From Flaccisagitta enflata (taxonomy: Eukaryota): 64,000 bases of DNA. The stretch spans positions 43,710,001 through 43,774,000 of the forward strand of contig OZ231126.1 of NCBI GenBank assembly GCA_965153355.1, given 5' to 3'. Position numbers and translations under genes: made by a program. The notes under the pieces were generated by a model that was not told where the DNA came from, made no database searches, and saw nothing but the letters and a program-made list of their open reading frames with translations. Shown here in pieces: positions 1-12,177 of this stretch. How positions within the stretch are numbered: the first letter of the stretch is position 1; each line of letters starts with the position of its first letter.

Positions 1-368
1 GCGTGAGTATCAGTTGGGAGACTATTCCATGAGAATTCATTGATGGGTCTTTTACGATTCCCAATGTCATTGTGCATTGCGTTCACGATGTCGGCGTTGG
101 AAGGAAAACCCTCTGGATAGTTTTCACGATCGAAGAAACGCATGGAGTTCCATTCGCGCCGGATTCGACGCAGAGTGGACGCCGCGAATCGAAGAGGGTC
201 GCCGGGCATCGAGTCGAGCGCCATTTGCCTTGCGTATGATATGAAGTCGTAGACCATATCCCGAAGGCCGTGTCGAGCGCCATCTGATTCACATGCGGCG
301 TCGTCGAAATCACATGACCCTTCGGCGCAAGCGGCAACGGCGTCGAAAAGGCGCCGGCATCCTTCCAT
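1..368 (-). CDS. Putative coding segment of unknown product, runs off the left edge (MEGCRRLFDAVAACAEGSC...MVYDFISYARQMALDSMPGDPLRFAASTLRRIRREWNSMRFF...)
   Basis: Manual translation: frame is open from the ATG at 368 to the window edge (~122 codons), GC-rich, non-repetitive. Absent from the ORF track because it has no stop in the window. Confidence 0.4.
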   Translation of the reverse strand, partial: MEGCRRLFDAVAACAEGSCDFDDAACESDGARHGLRDMVYDFISYARQMALDSMPGDPLRFAASTLRRIRREWNSMRFFDRENYPEGFPSNADIVNAMHNDIGNRKRPINEFSWNSLPTDTH

Positions 369-1506
369 CTCCGCCGTGATGTTCTTTCATCGCTACAAAC
401 GATCCGACCTCGGACACTGATTCAAACCGAAGCGAGATACACGAGGACGTTAGCGGTCGAGACGGTGTCGCCGTTACGCGGCTGCCATTGTCCAATTTCG
501 CTTTCGGAGGTCGAAGATGGAAAGAATGTGTCGCTTAAATTGTTGAAATATAAGTTACGCCCACGAGTTTCAACTGGCACTGTCTATGAGCGTCTATCTG
601 ACTGACGACTTGTGGTGAAAGAAAGTTGGCCGATTGGAAAATAGGAAGGCGATCGTCTCGCTTATTCCATGAAAATTTCAACAACTGGAAGAGAGGGGAA
701 AAATGAAAGGGAAAGGGCGTTAATGGTGATCAGCAAACGCAAAGATAACATGAAATCGAGACAGGACACAATAAAGGACAGAAACAGCACATGACAACAT
801 GTTCATCTTCTTCAGAGCCCATGCCACCTGATAATACCTGCCCCTGCCCCGGCCTATCCCATTAAATTCATCCATATCATCCCCATAGTAAGCTGATCGG
901 GCAAGCGATAAAAACCATACTAAAATCCGGCGATAAAAATGCAAAAAAGCAAAAGACAAGAATAACAGACCGGAAGACAAGATAAAAACAACGTTAATAA
1001 AAGCAATGACGCGTCTATAAAACTTACTTTAGGCCCACTTTCGTTGGTTTCAACCCACAGTCTGTCGAAGTCAAACTAACGTTAATTGTCCGTTCATAAG
1101 TTTATCTGCAATAAAAAGATGAGAGATTATTGAAATTAGTGAATTCCAAGGGCACATTCAATCAATCACGAAAAGTCAATCAATCACTTTAGGAAGCAAT
1201 GCCGCAAATAAATAAAAACAATCAATCCAAAATTGGATGACACGAAGACGAGTTACGTATGTTTGTCTACGTAATAAAAACAAATGGCACAAAATACAAG
1301 GCGCAACCATATGGTTACCCATCTAGCGTTCAATATAAGAAATGGCGAGAAACAAAAGACGCCGGCATTGAATAATAGGAAAAGAAGAAAAGCCAAAAGC
1401 ACGCAAAAGAAACAAAGGCAGTCATACTTAATAGACGGACGGACATACATTTCTAACACCCACAGTTATATGACTTTCCACTGAGAATCCTTTTAAAAGC
1501 ACAGTG

Positions 1507-2730
1507 TGGTCATTGTTGGTCATTTTTGGTCATTTTGGTCATTTCTGGTCATTATTGATCAGTTTTGATCATTTTTGATCATTTTTGATCATTTTTGGTC
1601 ATTTTGGTCATTTTGGTCATTTTTGGTCATTTTTGGTCATTTTTGATCATTTTGGTCATTTTTGGTCATTTTTGGTCATTTTTGGTCATTTTTGGTCATT
1701 TTTGGTTAAAGTCTGCTGGTTAAAGTCTGCTGGTTAAAGTCTGCTGGGTAAAGTCTGATGGTTAAAGTCTGCTGGTTTAAATCTGCTGGTTTAAATCTGC
1801 TGGTTTAAATCCAATGGGTTAAGTCTGCTGGTTAAAGTCTGCTGGTTAAAAATGCTGGTTTAAGTCTGCTGGTTTAAGTCTGCTGGTTTAAATCTAATGG
1901 TTTAAGTCTGCTGGTCTAATGGTTTAAGTCTGCTGGTTTAAGTCTACTGGTTAAAATGATATTAAAGATGAGTATGGTTTAAGTCTGGTTTAAGTCTGGT
2001 TTAAGTCAGGTTTAAGTTTGGTTTAAGTATGGTTTAAGTCTGGTTATAGTCTGGTTATAGTCTGGTTTACGTCTGGTTTAAGTCTGGTTTAAGTCTGGTT
2101 CATGTCTGATTTATGTCTGGTTCAGGTCTGGATTAGGTCTGGTTTAGGTCTGGTTTAGGTCTGGTTTTTATCTGGTTTATGTTTGATTTAGGTCTGATTT
2201 AGGTCTGATTTAGGTCTGATTTAGGTCTGATTTAGGTCTGGTTTTGGTCTGGTTTAGTCCTGGTTTGAGTCTGGTTTGAGTCTGGTTTGAGTCTGGTTTG
2301 ATTCTGGTTTGATTCTGGTTTGATTCTGGTTTGATTCTGGTTTGAGCCTGGTTTGAGCCTGGTTTGAGCCTGGTTTTGGTCTGGTTTGAGTCTGGTTTGA
2401 GTCTGGTTTGAGTCTGGTTTGAGTCTGGTTTGAGTCTGGTTTGAGTCTGGTTTGAGTCTGGTTTGAGTCTGGTTTGAGTCTGGCTTAAATCTGGTTTACG
2501 TCTGGTTTATGTCTGGTTTATGTCTGGTTTATGTCTGGTTTATGTCTGATTTAGGTCTGGTTTTGGTCTGGTTTAATTCTGGTTTGAGTCTGGTTTGAGT
2601 CTGGTTTGAGTCTGGTTTGGGTCTGTTGTGGGTTGCGTTTAAGTTTGATTTTCGATAAAAAGATACAATAAGGAGTCAGGTCAGTTCAATTATTTTTGTC
2701 CTGCACGCGACTTATGGGTGTTGGCCTTGT
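1507..2730 (+). repeat. Compound satellite (10-bp TTTTGGTCAT, 14-bp GGTTAAAGTCTGCT, 11-bp AAGTCTGGTTT) ending in a HINE-like 3' terminus
   Basis: Tandem units are directly visible. The array ends in GCACGCGACTTATGGGTGTTGGCCTTGTT, the same terminus as the elements at 3113-3331 and 10160-11600. Confidence 0.85.
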
Positions 2731-3112
2731 TACATTTATGATTTTCAAGGCTGACATTTCCACACGTTCAGATTCCGATTCATAAATTGCTATTTTATTT
2801 CCATTCAGTTCTATTTCCATTTAATTTGCAAACGGTGGAAGAACGCGCAAGTTTTGAAAACAAGATCTTTCGCTTACTGTACTCTTGTCAGTCAGCGGGT
2901 GAGTTCTAGTGATGATTTTTCGACTTCTGCATTAACGAAACTGTGTTCACACGATCATTACGTATGCATGTAAAAGCGCGAAATTTTCATCTGCGTTTGC
3001 GTTCGGGTTTTTGTCTGCTACGGGAAATAATCACAGTACTTATTCTCATTCATTTTGTAGCTTATTTGAGTAAGCAAAAAATCATGGAATCTCAGTTGTT
3101 GTGAATCACTTT

Positions 3113-3331
3113 TTAGTCGCGTGCACGCGACAATACCCCGCTTTGTCCGTCCGCCCATCCGTCCGCCAGTCGGTCTGTCTGTCTGTTGGTCGGTCCGTCA
3201 CACTTTTACTATTTTTACCATTTTTATTTCTTTAAGTCATTTTAAGTCATTATAGAGTATACCAAGTCATTCAAAGTCATTCTAAGTCAATCTGTAAGTC
3301 TTGCACGCGACTTATAGGTGTTGGCCTTGTT
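3113..3331 (+). mobile_element. DINE-1/HINE-like non-autonomous Helentron (short copy)
   Basis: 5' AGTCGCGTGC-ACGCGAC hairpin, GTCY microsatellite, a few AAGTCATT units, 3' subterminal repeat GCACGCGACT then GGCCTTGTT, inserted in T-runs. Confidence 0.7.
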
Positions 3332-4161
3332 TCTTAACAGCAGGCTAATCCTTATTGCATTAGAAAACAGAAACACTTGAATTAAGAAGAATATCAAACT
3401 CTGAATTGATTCTAACCACATGTCTTAATGGCAACATACAGGGTGGCAGAAACAGGGGCACACTTGGCACATTCAGGTGTGCCAAATAGGGGTAATGTCC
3501 GATTTCAATATCGTAACACTAACTCAAGATGGGGATTTTGATTTCAAGACGATCACCATTTTCCTTTATTTGAAATTTGATCGGGAACCGTTTCTTTTTG
3601 CGATCTAAATCAAATGATATGTCAGTACTCATGTTCGCAACAAGGACGGATACACGGCAATCCAGTTGCGGACGGTTGGGCAGGAGCAGTAGTGCAAAAT
3701 CCGCTCAGAATTAAAAAATGCGACCTACCGACCGACAGACGGACCTACCGACCAACACGGCAGGTGTAGAGTTGCGTGTCCGCGACTAAAAAGACCGATA
3801 ATCTACTTAAAGAAATACCATTTTACAGTTTAAAACTTTTGATGAGATAGAACTGTGTGGGCTACTGTTCAGTTTTATACCTCATAGTGCCATAAAAAAA
3901 TGAATCAAACTCATGAACAAACATGGCAAATGAAATAAAGGGGGGTTTTGAAAAAAACGGAAGATGGGCGAAATCTGAAAAAATAAAAACGGTGAGGGCC
4001 TTTAAATTAGTAGCCCCATGTTGTCCTAGTGTTATATCTCCATAGAATAATTTTTTGCAAATTGGCACACCCAATTGGCACATTGTGCCTCGGAATGTGC
4101 CTCAGAACTATAGCTCAAAAGTCGGACTAATAAAAGCTTGATAAAGGAAAAAATTAGGGAA

Positions 4162-4369
4162 ACAAGGCCGGATACACGGCAAATACCAGTTGCGGACGGG
4201 TGGGCAGGGGCGGAAATGCGGGTTTTCCAACTTTTCAACTCGATGACCCCGGACCAACGGACGGACGGATGGATGGATGGACGGACGGATGGACGGACGG
4301 ACGGATGGACGGACGGACGGACGGACGGACGGACGGACAAAGCCTCTTATAGTTGCGTGTCCGCAACTA
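4162..4369 (-). mobile_element. DINE-1/HINE-like non-autonomous Helentron (AGTTGCGGAC family)
   Basis: Subterminal inverted repeats AGTTGCGGAC/GTCCGCAACT, (GGAC)n tract and terminal GGCCG..CGGC stem. Near-identical to 14793-14962 and 25981-26163; related copies at ~3640, 11610, 53914, 55190 and 61650. Confidence 0.75.
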
Positions 4370-4516
4370 AAAAGAGGAGAAAAATAGGAGGAAAAAAATG
4401 ATGATAGGGTTTTAGGTTTGATCACTTTTTCTTTTGATGTGAGAACCCTTAGTTTCTGTGAAATTTAAGGTGAGATGCAGAAAACAAATAGTATAGTTTC
4501 ATGCAATATTTACTTA

Positions 4517-4673
4517 AGGTGTGTCTGCATTAATCAGCTTATTCGGATATTTTATTTGAATATTAATATCCGGATATTTCATTTAGTAAATTTTGTAAAT
4601 TCACTATGTAGAATATCCGGATATTGATATCCAGATAAAATATTTAAATAATATGGTGAATGCAGACGCACCC
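4517..4673. mobile_element. 157-bp MITE, PIF/Harbinger-like
   Basis: TIR GGTGTGTCTGCATT/AATGCAGACGCACC, 3-bp TSD TTA; second copy at 8766-8922. Confidence 0.85.
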
Positions 4674-6519
4674 TTAGTAACGGAGGATTTTTAGTCGCGT
4701 GCTACGCGACTCTATAAGCCACTTTTCGGTCCGTCGGTCCGTCCGTCCGTCCGTAACAAAGTCCTTTTAAAGGCTTTATGACGCACTGAAAATTACCATA
4801 GAATTTGCTACCCGAGCTAGATAAGTATTGAAATTTATGAATTGAAATTTAATGACAATTTTTGTTTTTTTGTTTTCAATTAAACTGTCAACAGCCATAT
4901 TTTGCATGAATTGACTTGCATATGCCAGTTTTGATATCCAATCCTTTATTTTACAGCTGAAAAAATAAGTGAAATACAATAAAAAACTTATTTTGTCAAT
5001 TGACCATGGCTCATTGAAAATTTTAAATTTGCATAGAAAATCAAAAAATCAACAAAACAAGAACATAGCGCGATTCCTAAAACATAAACTGAGGGCGCTA
5101 TGTTCTTATTTTAATGATATTGTGATTTTTTATGCAAATTTAAAATTTTCAATGAGCAGTTACTGAAATGATTGTCATTATTTTTTTCACTTTTTAGTCT
5201 AATCAAAATCGAATTCCCTTCATTTTTTTTGCATTTTTGTCATTTGACAGTAACAGATCGGTTTCCTCATGTAAGTTTACATATTAAAGTAAAAAAGAAA
5301 AAACACAAGCATTAACCTAAGCAAAAATAATAAAGTGAATGGTATCTTTGTCCTCTGGGTAAATTCCTCTTACTTTACTTTCAGTGCGTCTTATATCGCA
5401 TTCTTTAAGTCTCTGAATAGTGGAGAAGATACCTCAAGTCAGTAAATAGCCATTTCAAAAGTCTTTTTGAAAAAAAAATGTTTGTCAGTCTGTCTGCCAG
5501 TCTTTTTTTGAAAGTGCCGACGCACGCGACTTAGGTCTAATGACCTTGTTTATGTCGGACTTTAAGCGCTGCGAAAACTTGTGCCTCGGACCTATAAAAT
5601 TTTCTGCCAACCTTGCTACATACATCGTCTGATTCAGCCATTTTATTTAAGACATGGAGAAAGATAAATGTGAATTAGATAGTCACGTGATTTTTGCATA
5701 TAATTTTGCATCAAAAACTCTCACTTTTGACCAAAAATGTGTTCTGCTGGCAAAATGGATATCATATTGTCACTTCCCAGGCAGATGATACTCTTGTGGG
5801 CTCATAAGAGTCCAAACTGAAGTGTTCTCTCTTTAAGAAAAATAGGAAAATCTCAAAAAACCGCTTTAATGATCCAGAAATCATGACTTCTTAACGCTGT
5901 TGACGACACATATTTTGGTTTCAGTTCCTGTTTTTGAATGAAATCCACTCCGGCTATCATAAGGTTTGTGTGAAAAAAATGGTAACCCTTATCTTTAAAA
6001 TCTAAACGCCAAAATAAAAATAAATGAAGAAATACCCAAAATGTAATGAAAAATGAAAAATTGTGGCAAAAATTGGTTCTGCTCTGATTTGGCGCACTTC
6101 CTGATGGCGCAGCGCCACAAGATTTTAGGACAAGTTAGGCGGATGCGTCATCCACTTGCAGTTCAAATTTCATCCCCCTGCGACCATTTTAACATGCATT
6201 TTTGCAATTTTTTCGTTCAGATGTGTAGAAATCAAGGGTTTCGGAAAAAAATATTTTGGAATTTGAGAATCAAGAATACGGAAAACCAAGAACAATTTTG
6301 CATTTCCAAAAACATGAGCACCTAGATATTGGATTTTGCCAGGTGCTGATGTTTTTCATTTTTGCAGTTTTTCATTTTTTATGCAAATTCTTGATTCTCA
6401 ATGAGACATGTCGGAATGACAAAATTGTGAATTTTTCCTTGACACTTGATCTGGGCACTGATGAGCACAAATTAAGGCTCTGAGGGTCCCCATGAGTGGC
6501 AAGGTGGCTCAATTAGATC

Positions 6520-6746
6520 CAGGGTCATAAAGAGGGGGGTCACCCCCATCTAAGATAGGGGCCCAGGCTTGGGGGCCCAGGCTTGGGGGCCCCCTAATGT
6601 GTAAGAAAAAAAATGAAAAAAAAGACAGGCAAAAAATCACTGGAGCGAGTTTCTATGCGGTAAAAGAACAATATAAGAGGGGGGGGCAGGTTTGACCAGA
6701 ATAGTCAATAGGGAGGGAGGGGGCGTTATTTCTCTCTACAGCCCCA
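6520..6746. mobile_element. Degenerate hAT-like MITE
   Basis: Flanked by the 8-bp direct repeat ATTAGATC (6512-6519, 6747-6754); starts CAGGG; GGGGGCCCAGG internal repeats; TIRs poorly matched. Confidence 0.45.
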
Positions 6747-7224
6747 ATTAGATCTTAGGGGGCTAATATGCTGGTACAAACTCCAAATCAATCAAGGATT
6801 ATATATGATTCACAGTTCCTGAAGTCCTGTCACGAGATTTTTGGCTGAGAGCAGGGGTGAGTTTTCATACATCCGGAGAACAGATGCGGAGGGGGGGGGC
6901 GGCTTTACAGAGCCCAACAGCCCAAGAAGGTTGATTTCAGGTTCTAAAGACTAGATTTTTGACCTGGACGGTCTAGATTGGGGCTTCATGCATCAGAGGG
7001 CTGCTCTCAGGATAGAGCAGGTGATGACTGATTTTAGTCTTTAGTGATTTTTTGGCTTGGGAGGGCACATTTCAGGCTTATACGGATGATTTTTGGCTCA
7101 TGGGGGCTAGTTTCAGGCTTTAGAATAAGATTTCAGGCCTCAATAAGTTTTAAAAAGACTTCAGGTCTCGAGAAGGGGGGGGATGGGATGGACGGACATG
7201 AAGAGGGACATCCGAAAGAGAGAA

Positions 7225-7249
7225 ATGAAGAAAGAAACAAAAAAGAAAG

Positions 7250-7288
<39 letters not shown>

Positions 7289-7293
7289 AAAAA

Positions 7294-7329
<36 letters not shown>

Positions 7330-7393
7330 AGGAAAGAAAGAAAAAAAAGAAAGAAAGAAAGAAGGAAAGAAAGAAAAAAAAGGGAGAATGAGC

Positions 7394-7425
<32 letters not shown>

Positions 7426-7439
7426 ACGAGCAAGAAAGT

Positions 7440-7475
<36 letters not shown>

Positions 7476-7637
7476 AGGAAAGAAAGAAGGAAAGAAAGAA
7501 GGAAAGAAAGAAAGAAGAGAAAAAGAAAGAAAAAAAGAAAGAAAGAAAAAAAGAAAGAAAGAACGAGCAAGAGAGAGAGAAAGAAAGAAAGAAAGAAAGA
7601 AAAAAGAAAGAAAGGAGAAAGAAAGGAGAAAGAAATA

Positions 7638-7669
<32 letters not shown>

Positions 7670-7720
7670 AAAAAAGAAAGAAAGAAAGAAAGAAAGATAA
7701 AAAGAAAGAATGAGCAAGAG

Positions 7721-7759
<39 letters not shown>

Positions 7760-7769
7760 GATAGAGAAG

Positions 7770-7801
<32 letters not shown>

Positions 7802-7862
7802 AAGAAAGAAAGAAAGATAGAAAGAAAGACAGAAAGAGGCAGGAAAAAAAGAAAGAAAAAAA
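7225..7862. repeat. (AAAG)n microsatellite
   Basis: Directly visible. Confidence 0.95.
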
Positions 7863-8399
7863 CAAGACATGATGAAAAAATGAGCAAAAAATGGCTTTTT
7901 ATTGCTATTATTGACTTATAATTAAGCATATCAATAAAGAATTTTATAAAAAATGGATATTTTATACAAATTAGATATAGTAACAATATTTTGAAGTATT
8001 TTTTAATTGAATATACTTGAAAAATATGAAAAAATCTCATCATATTGTGAAAATCATTATTAAATATTAAATTATTAATATTTAGCTAACTAAAATAGAT
8101 TTTGCATTAATTTTTTTTGTTTTGTAATCAGAAAGTGATATACTATGCTACCATGAAGAAAAAAAATATTTTATGACACTTTGATTTTTCAACCTTGGTG
8201 ACTACCAAATTTCACGCGATCTTGCACCGTGTCTTAATTACTATACCAGTAATGGCGGCTGTCGCCGTGAGGAAAAAAGTCGTAAGCATTGGTCACTTTT
8301 CACCATGCTTTTGACTTCAGTCACCAAAATTTTTCTTTCTTTCTGTTAGATCAAATCAAAAGCAATTGTATGTATTGATTGCACTGAAAATCAGAGAAA

Positions 8400-8760
8400 A
8401 ATAAAACTGAGCCAAATGAGCTAGATGAGCTAAAGTATTCAAAATGGTTGAACCAGACAACCAGCTTTTCTCACTGATATGCTTTCTTGTATTTGCATGC
8501 TTAAATCAAAACATTCATTTATTTATCCTATTTTAAATCAGAGAAAAAGAGCAAGCTAAATGAGCTGAATGAGCTAAAATACTTAAAAACACCTCACAGG
8601 TGAACAGCTCTGCTCACTGACATGTTTTTTTAATTTGCTTGCTTAAACAAATATGAAAATATTCATTCATTTATTGTATTTGAAATAAAAAAAAATAGAT
8701 TGAGCTAAATGAGCTAAAATGCTCAAAAACGCCCTCACAGATGAGCAGCCATGCTCATAA
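8400..8760. repeat. About three degenerate ~145-bp tandem units containing GAGCTAAATGAGCTAAA
   Basis: The motif recurs at ~8410, ~8553 and ~8702 with similar flanks. Confidence 0.6.
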
Positions 8761-8765
8761 ACATC

Positions 8766-8922
8766 AGGTGTGTCTGCATTAATTAGCCTATTTGGATATT
8801 TTATTTGGATATTAATATCCAGATATTTCATGTAGTAAATTTTTTAAATTCACTATGTAGAATATCCGGATATTGATATCCAGATAAAATATCTAAATGA
8901 GATGGTGAATGCAGACGCACCC
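8766..8922. mobile_element. 157-bp MITE, PIF/Harbinger-like (second copy)
   Basis: Same TIRs and length as 4517-4673; 3-bp TSD ATC. Confidence 0.85.
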
Positions 8923-9258
8923 ATCTTTTATGTATTTGCATGCTCAAGTAAACATGAATTCACTCCTTTATTGATCCTACAAAAAATTAAAAAAATCGAA
9001 AAAAATTTCATTTGAATTTTTCGTAAATAAATCTTTAAAAAATCATAGCGCAAAAAATATTTTTCGTAGAGCATTCTGCTTGGTGCCAAATGAAAGAGAA
9101 TTATCAAATTTTTACCTTCCAATTTCGTTTTTCGACCAATCAATCAACCTCAACTTTCGCATAAGAAAATGAAAACCCTTCTTCGAATACACAAAAGAAG
9201 ACTTTTTGACTTTTTTCCCGATAAATACTTATTTTCTTTTAACTCTTTTTCACAGAAA

Positions 9259-9597
9259 ATGGTTTTGATTTGGGCATGCCTTCTGCTAGCCTCAGCTGGA
9301 GCCTATGCAGGATATACCGGCGATTGGTACTTGATTGATGGTGTGTACGTAGAGTGCGATTGCAGTTACAAGTTTTACCATGGATGCAAGATCATTGATG
9401 CGGCTCCGACGGGGTTCGCGTGTCGGTGTGTCTACGTTGGATTCTGGACTTGTAAAGGAATACCGCGCAAATGTGATAAGGATGATTGGTGCCCAGCTGA
9501 TGACTTTTCTCACGAATCCTGCATGAAGGGAGCCGCACTGGCTGAACAGAATAAATTGCCAACAAGGGATTATAATTGCAATGGTGTTGAAAATTAA
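9259..9597 (+). CDS. Small secreted cysteine-rich protein (112 aa, signal peptide plus 10 Cys)
   Basis: MVLIWACLLLASAGAYA is a signal-like N-terminus followed by CDC..GC..AP.G.ACRC.Y.GFWTC.G..C..C..SC..NCNG. Acceptor-like TTTTTCACAG lies 3 nt before the ATG, so the track's upstream extension from 9169 is probably non-coding. AATAAA follows downstream. Confidence 0.8.
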   Translation: MVLIWACLLLASAGAYAGYTGDWYLIDGVYVECDCSYKFYHGCKIIDAAPTGFACRCVYVGFWTCKGIPRKCDKDDWCPADDFSHESCMKGAALAEQNKLPTRDYNCNGVEN

Positions 9598-10159
9598 CTG
9601 GGGGGGGGGGGGGGGCGATACGGCCGAATAAATCACTAAGATGACGTCAACGTGAATGATTTATACGTGATATGAATTTCAATGAAGTTATGATGAATAA
9701 GGGGGCGAAATCAGCGGGGATAAAAAAGTTCGTTCAAAATTGATTTTCTGCTCTTTAGATAAATTGCGGGCGCTGAATAAAACTGTAACAAGGCTGTACA
9801 CACGGCTACCGAAATCGCATGCGGGTGTTATAGAAGGCCAACTAAGCATTTGGGCAGGAGCTGTAATGCAAAAAACGCCATAAACAGCCAAGTGTTACCG
9901 ACGGACCGACGGACAGACCGACAAACCGACATAGGTCATAGCGGGTTACAGAGTAACGCGAGTAAATAACAACAGACATGAATTCATTTGTTTCATTTAT
10001 TTGGTGAGACAGGCATTGTAGGTCACGGTGCACACGAAGGGGCAATTTTCATTGTCACGGTGCACATGAAGGGGCAATTTTCGTTGTCATGGTGCACACG
10101 AAGGGGCAATTTTCATGGTCAAATCATACTTAAGAAAAAATTTCAAGTGATGTACAATT

Positions 10160-11600
10160 TTTAGTCGCATGCACGCGACTCTATAACCCACTCTGTTGGT
10201 CGGTCGGTCCGTAACACTTTGTTTTTTTGCACCGTCTTTAGTTATTTGAGGTCATCATAAGTCATTTTTAGTCATTCTAAGTCATTCTAAGCCATTCTAA
10301 GTCATTCTAAGTCATTCTAAGTCACTTTACGTCATTTTTTTGCGATTGCAGTTTTTGTCATTTTTTGTCATTTTACATCATTTTAAATCATTTTAGGTCA
10401 TTTTAGGTCATTCTTAGTCATTCAGAGTCACTGTAAGTCATTTTGAGTCACTATAAGTCATTCCAAGTCCGTAACGCTTAGCTTTTTTTGCCCTTTTACG
10501 TTGTTGTAAGTCTGGTTTAAGTCTGGTTTAAGTCTGGTTTATGTCTGGTTTAAGTCTGGTTTAAGTCTGGTTTTAGTCCGGTTTTAGTCGGGTTTAAGTC
10601 TAGTTTGAGTAAATTTTAAGTCTGGATTAGGTCTGGTTTTTGTCAGGTTTAAGTCTGGTTTAGGTCTGGTTTTAGTCTGGTTTTTGTCTGGTTTAAGTCT
10701 GGTTTAAGTCAAGTTTAAGTCTGGTTTAGGTCTGGTTTTTGTCTGGTTTAAGTCTGGTTTAAGTCTGGTTTAAGTCTGGTAAAAGTCTGGTTTAAGTCTG
10801 GTTTATGTCTGGTTTAAGTCTGGTTTATGTCTGGTTTAAGTCTGGTTTCAGTCTGGTTTCAGTCTGGTTTGAGTCTGGTTTGAGACTGGTTTGAGTCTGG
10901 TTTAAGTCTGGTTTAAGTCCGGTTTAAGTCTGGTTTTGGTCTGATTCTGGTCTGGTTTAAGTCCTTTTAGGTCATTTTAAATAATTTTAGGTCATCTTTA
11001 GTCATTTTTAGTCATTCTGAGTCATTGTAAGTCATTTTGAGTCACTATAAGTCATTCCAAGTCCGTAACGCTTAGCTTTTTTTGCCATTTTACATTGTTG
11101 TAAGTCTGGTTAAGATCTGGTTTAAGTCTGGTTTAGGTCTGGTTTAAGTCTGGTTTATGTCTGGTTTAAGTCTGGTTCAAGTCTGGTTTAAGTCTGGTTT
11201 AAGTCTGGTTTAAATCTGGTTTCAGTCTGGTTTCAGGTTCAGTCTGGTTTCAGTCTGGTTTACGTCTGGTTTCAGTCTGGTTTCAGTCTGGTTTCAGTCT
11301 GGTTTCAGTCTGGTTTCAGTCTGGTTTCAGTCTGGTTTCAGTCTGGTTTCAGTCTGGTTTCAGTCTGGTTTCAGTCTGGTTTTGGTCTGGTTTAAGTCTG
11401 GTTTGAGTCTGGTTTAAGTCTGATTTAAGTCTGGTTTAAGTCTGGTTTAAGTCTGGTGTAGGTATGGTTTAAGTCTGGTTTGAGTCTGGTTTAAGTCGAG
11501 TTTAAGTCTGGTTTTAGTCTGGATTAAGTCGATAAAGTGATACAATAAGGTATATTCAGTTTTCTTTGTCTCGCACGCGACTTATAGGTGTTGGCCTTGT
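10160..11600 (+). mobile_element. HINE-like element with large internal 10-bp and 11-bp satellite arrays
   Basis: 5' TTAGTCGCATGCACGCGACT, GGTC microsatellite, (AAGTCATTCT)n and (AAGTCTGGTTT)n, 3' GCACGCGACTTATAGGTGTTGGCCTTGT. Confidence 0.8.
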
Positions 11601-12019
11601 GTTGAAAACACGGCCAATACTAGTCGCGGACGGGTGGGCAGGGGCGGAAATGCACGTTTTCACACTTTCCAACTCGATCACCACGGACCGACCAACCAAC
11701 CAACCAACCAACCGACGGACGGACGGATGGACGGACAAAGCCTCTTATAGAGTCGCTTGTCCGCGACTAAAAAGGCCAACACCTATAAGTCGCGTGCGAG
11801 ACTTACAGATTGACTTAGAATGACTTAGAATGACTCAGTACACTCTTAAATTACTTCAAATGCCTTAAAGAAATAAAATCGATAAATAAAAGTAAAGTGT
11901 GACCGACAGACTGACCTACCGACAGACGGACGGACAAAGCGGGGTGTAGAGTCGCGTGCACGCGACTAAAAAGCTGAAAAACTGAAGGCCACATTGTGGT
12001 TACTAAAGTGAAAATAGAC

Positions 12020-12172
12020 TCGGCTACTCGATCAGACCCGGCTACTCGATCAGACCCAGCTACTCGATCAGACCCGGCTACTCCATCAGACCTGGCTACT
12101 CGATCAGACCTGGCTGCTCGATCAGACCCGCCTACTTGATCAGACCCGACTACTCGATCAGACCTGGTTACT
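12020..12172. repeat. 18-bp minisatellite GCTACTCGATCAGACCCG, about 8 units
   Basis: Directly visible. Confidence 0.9.
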
Positions 12173-12177
12173 CCAGC

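Noticed and set aside
7044-8043. FLSF/KERK, poly-S/D/H/M/I, HT/VC, IHSF and similar ORFs throughout the window
   Set aside because: They are translations of microsatellites.
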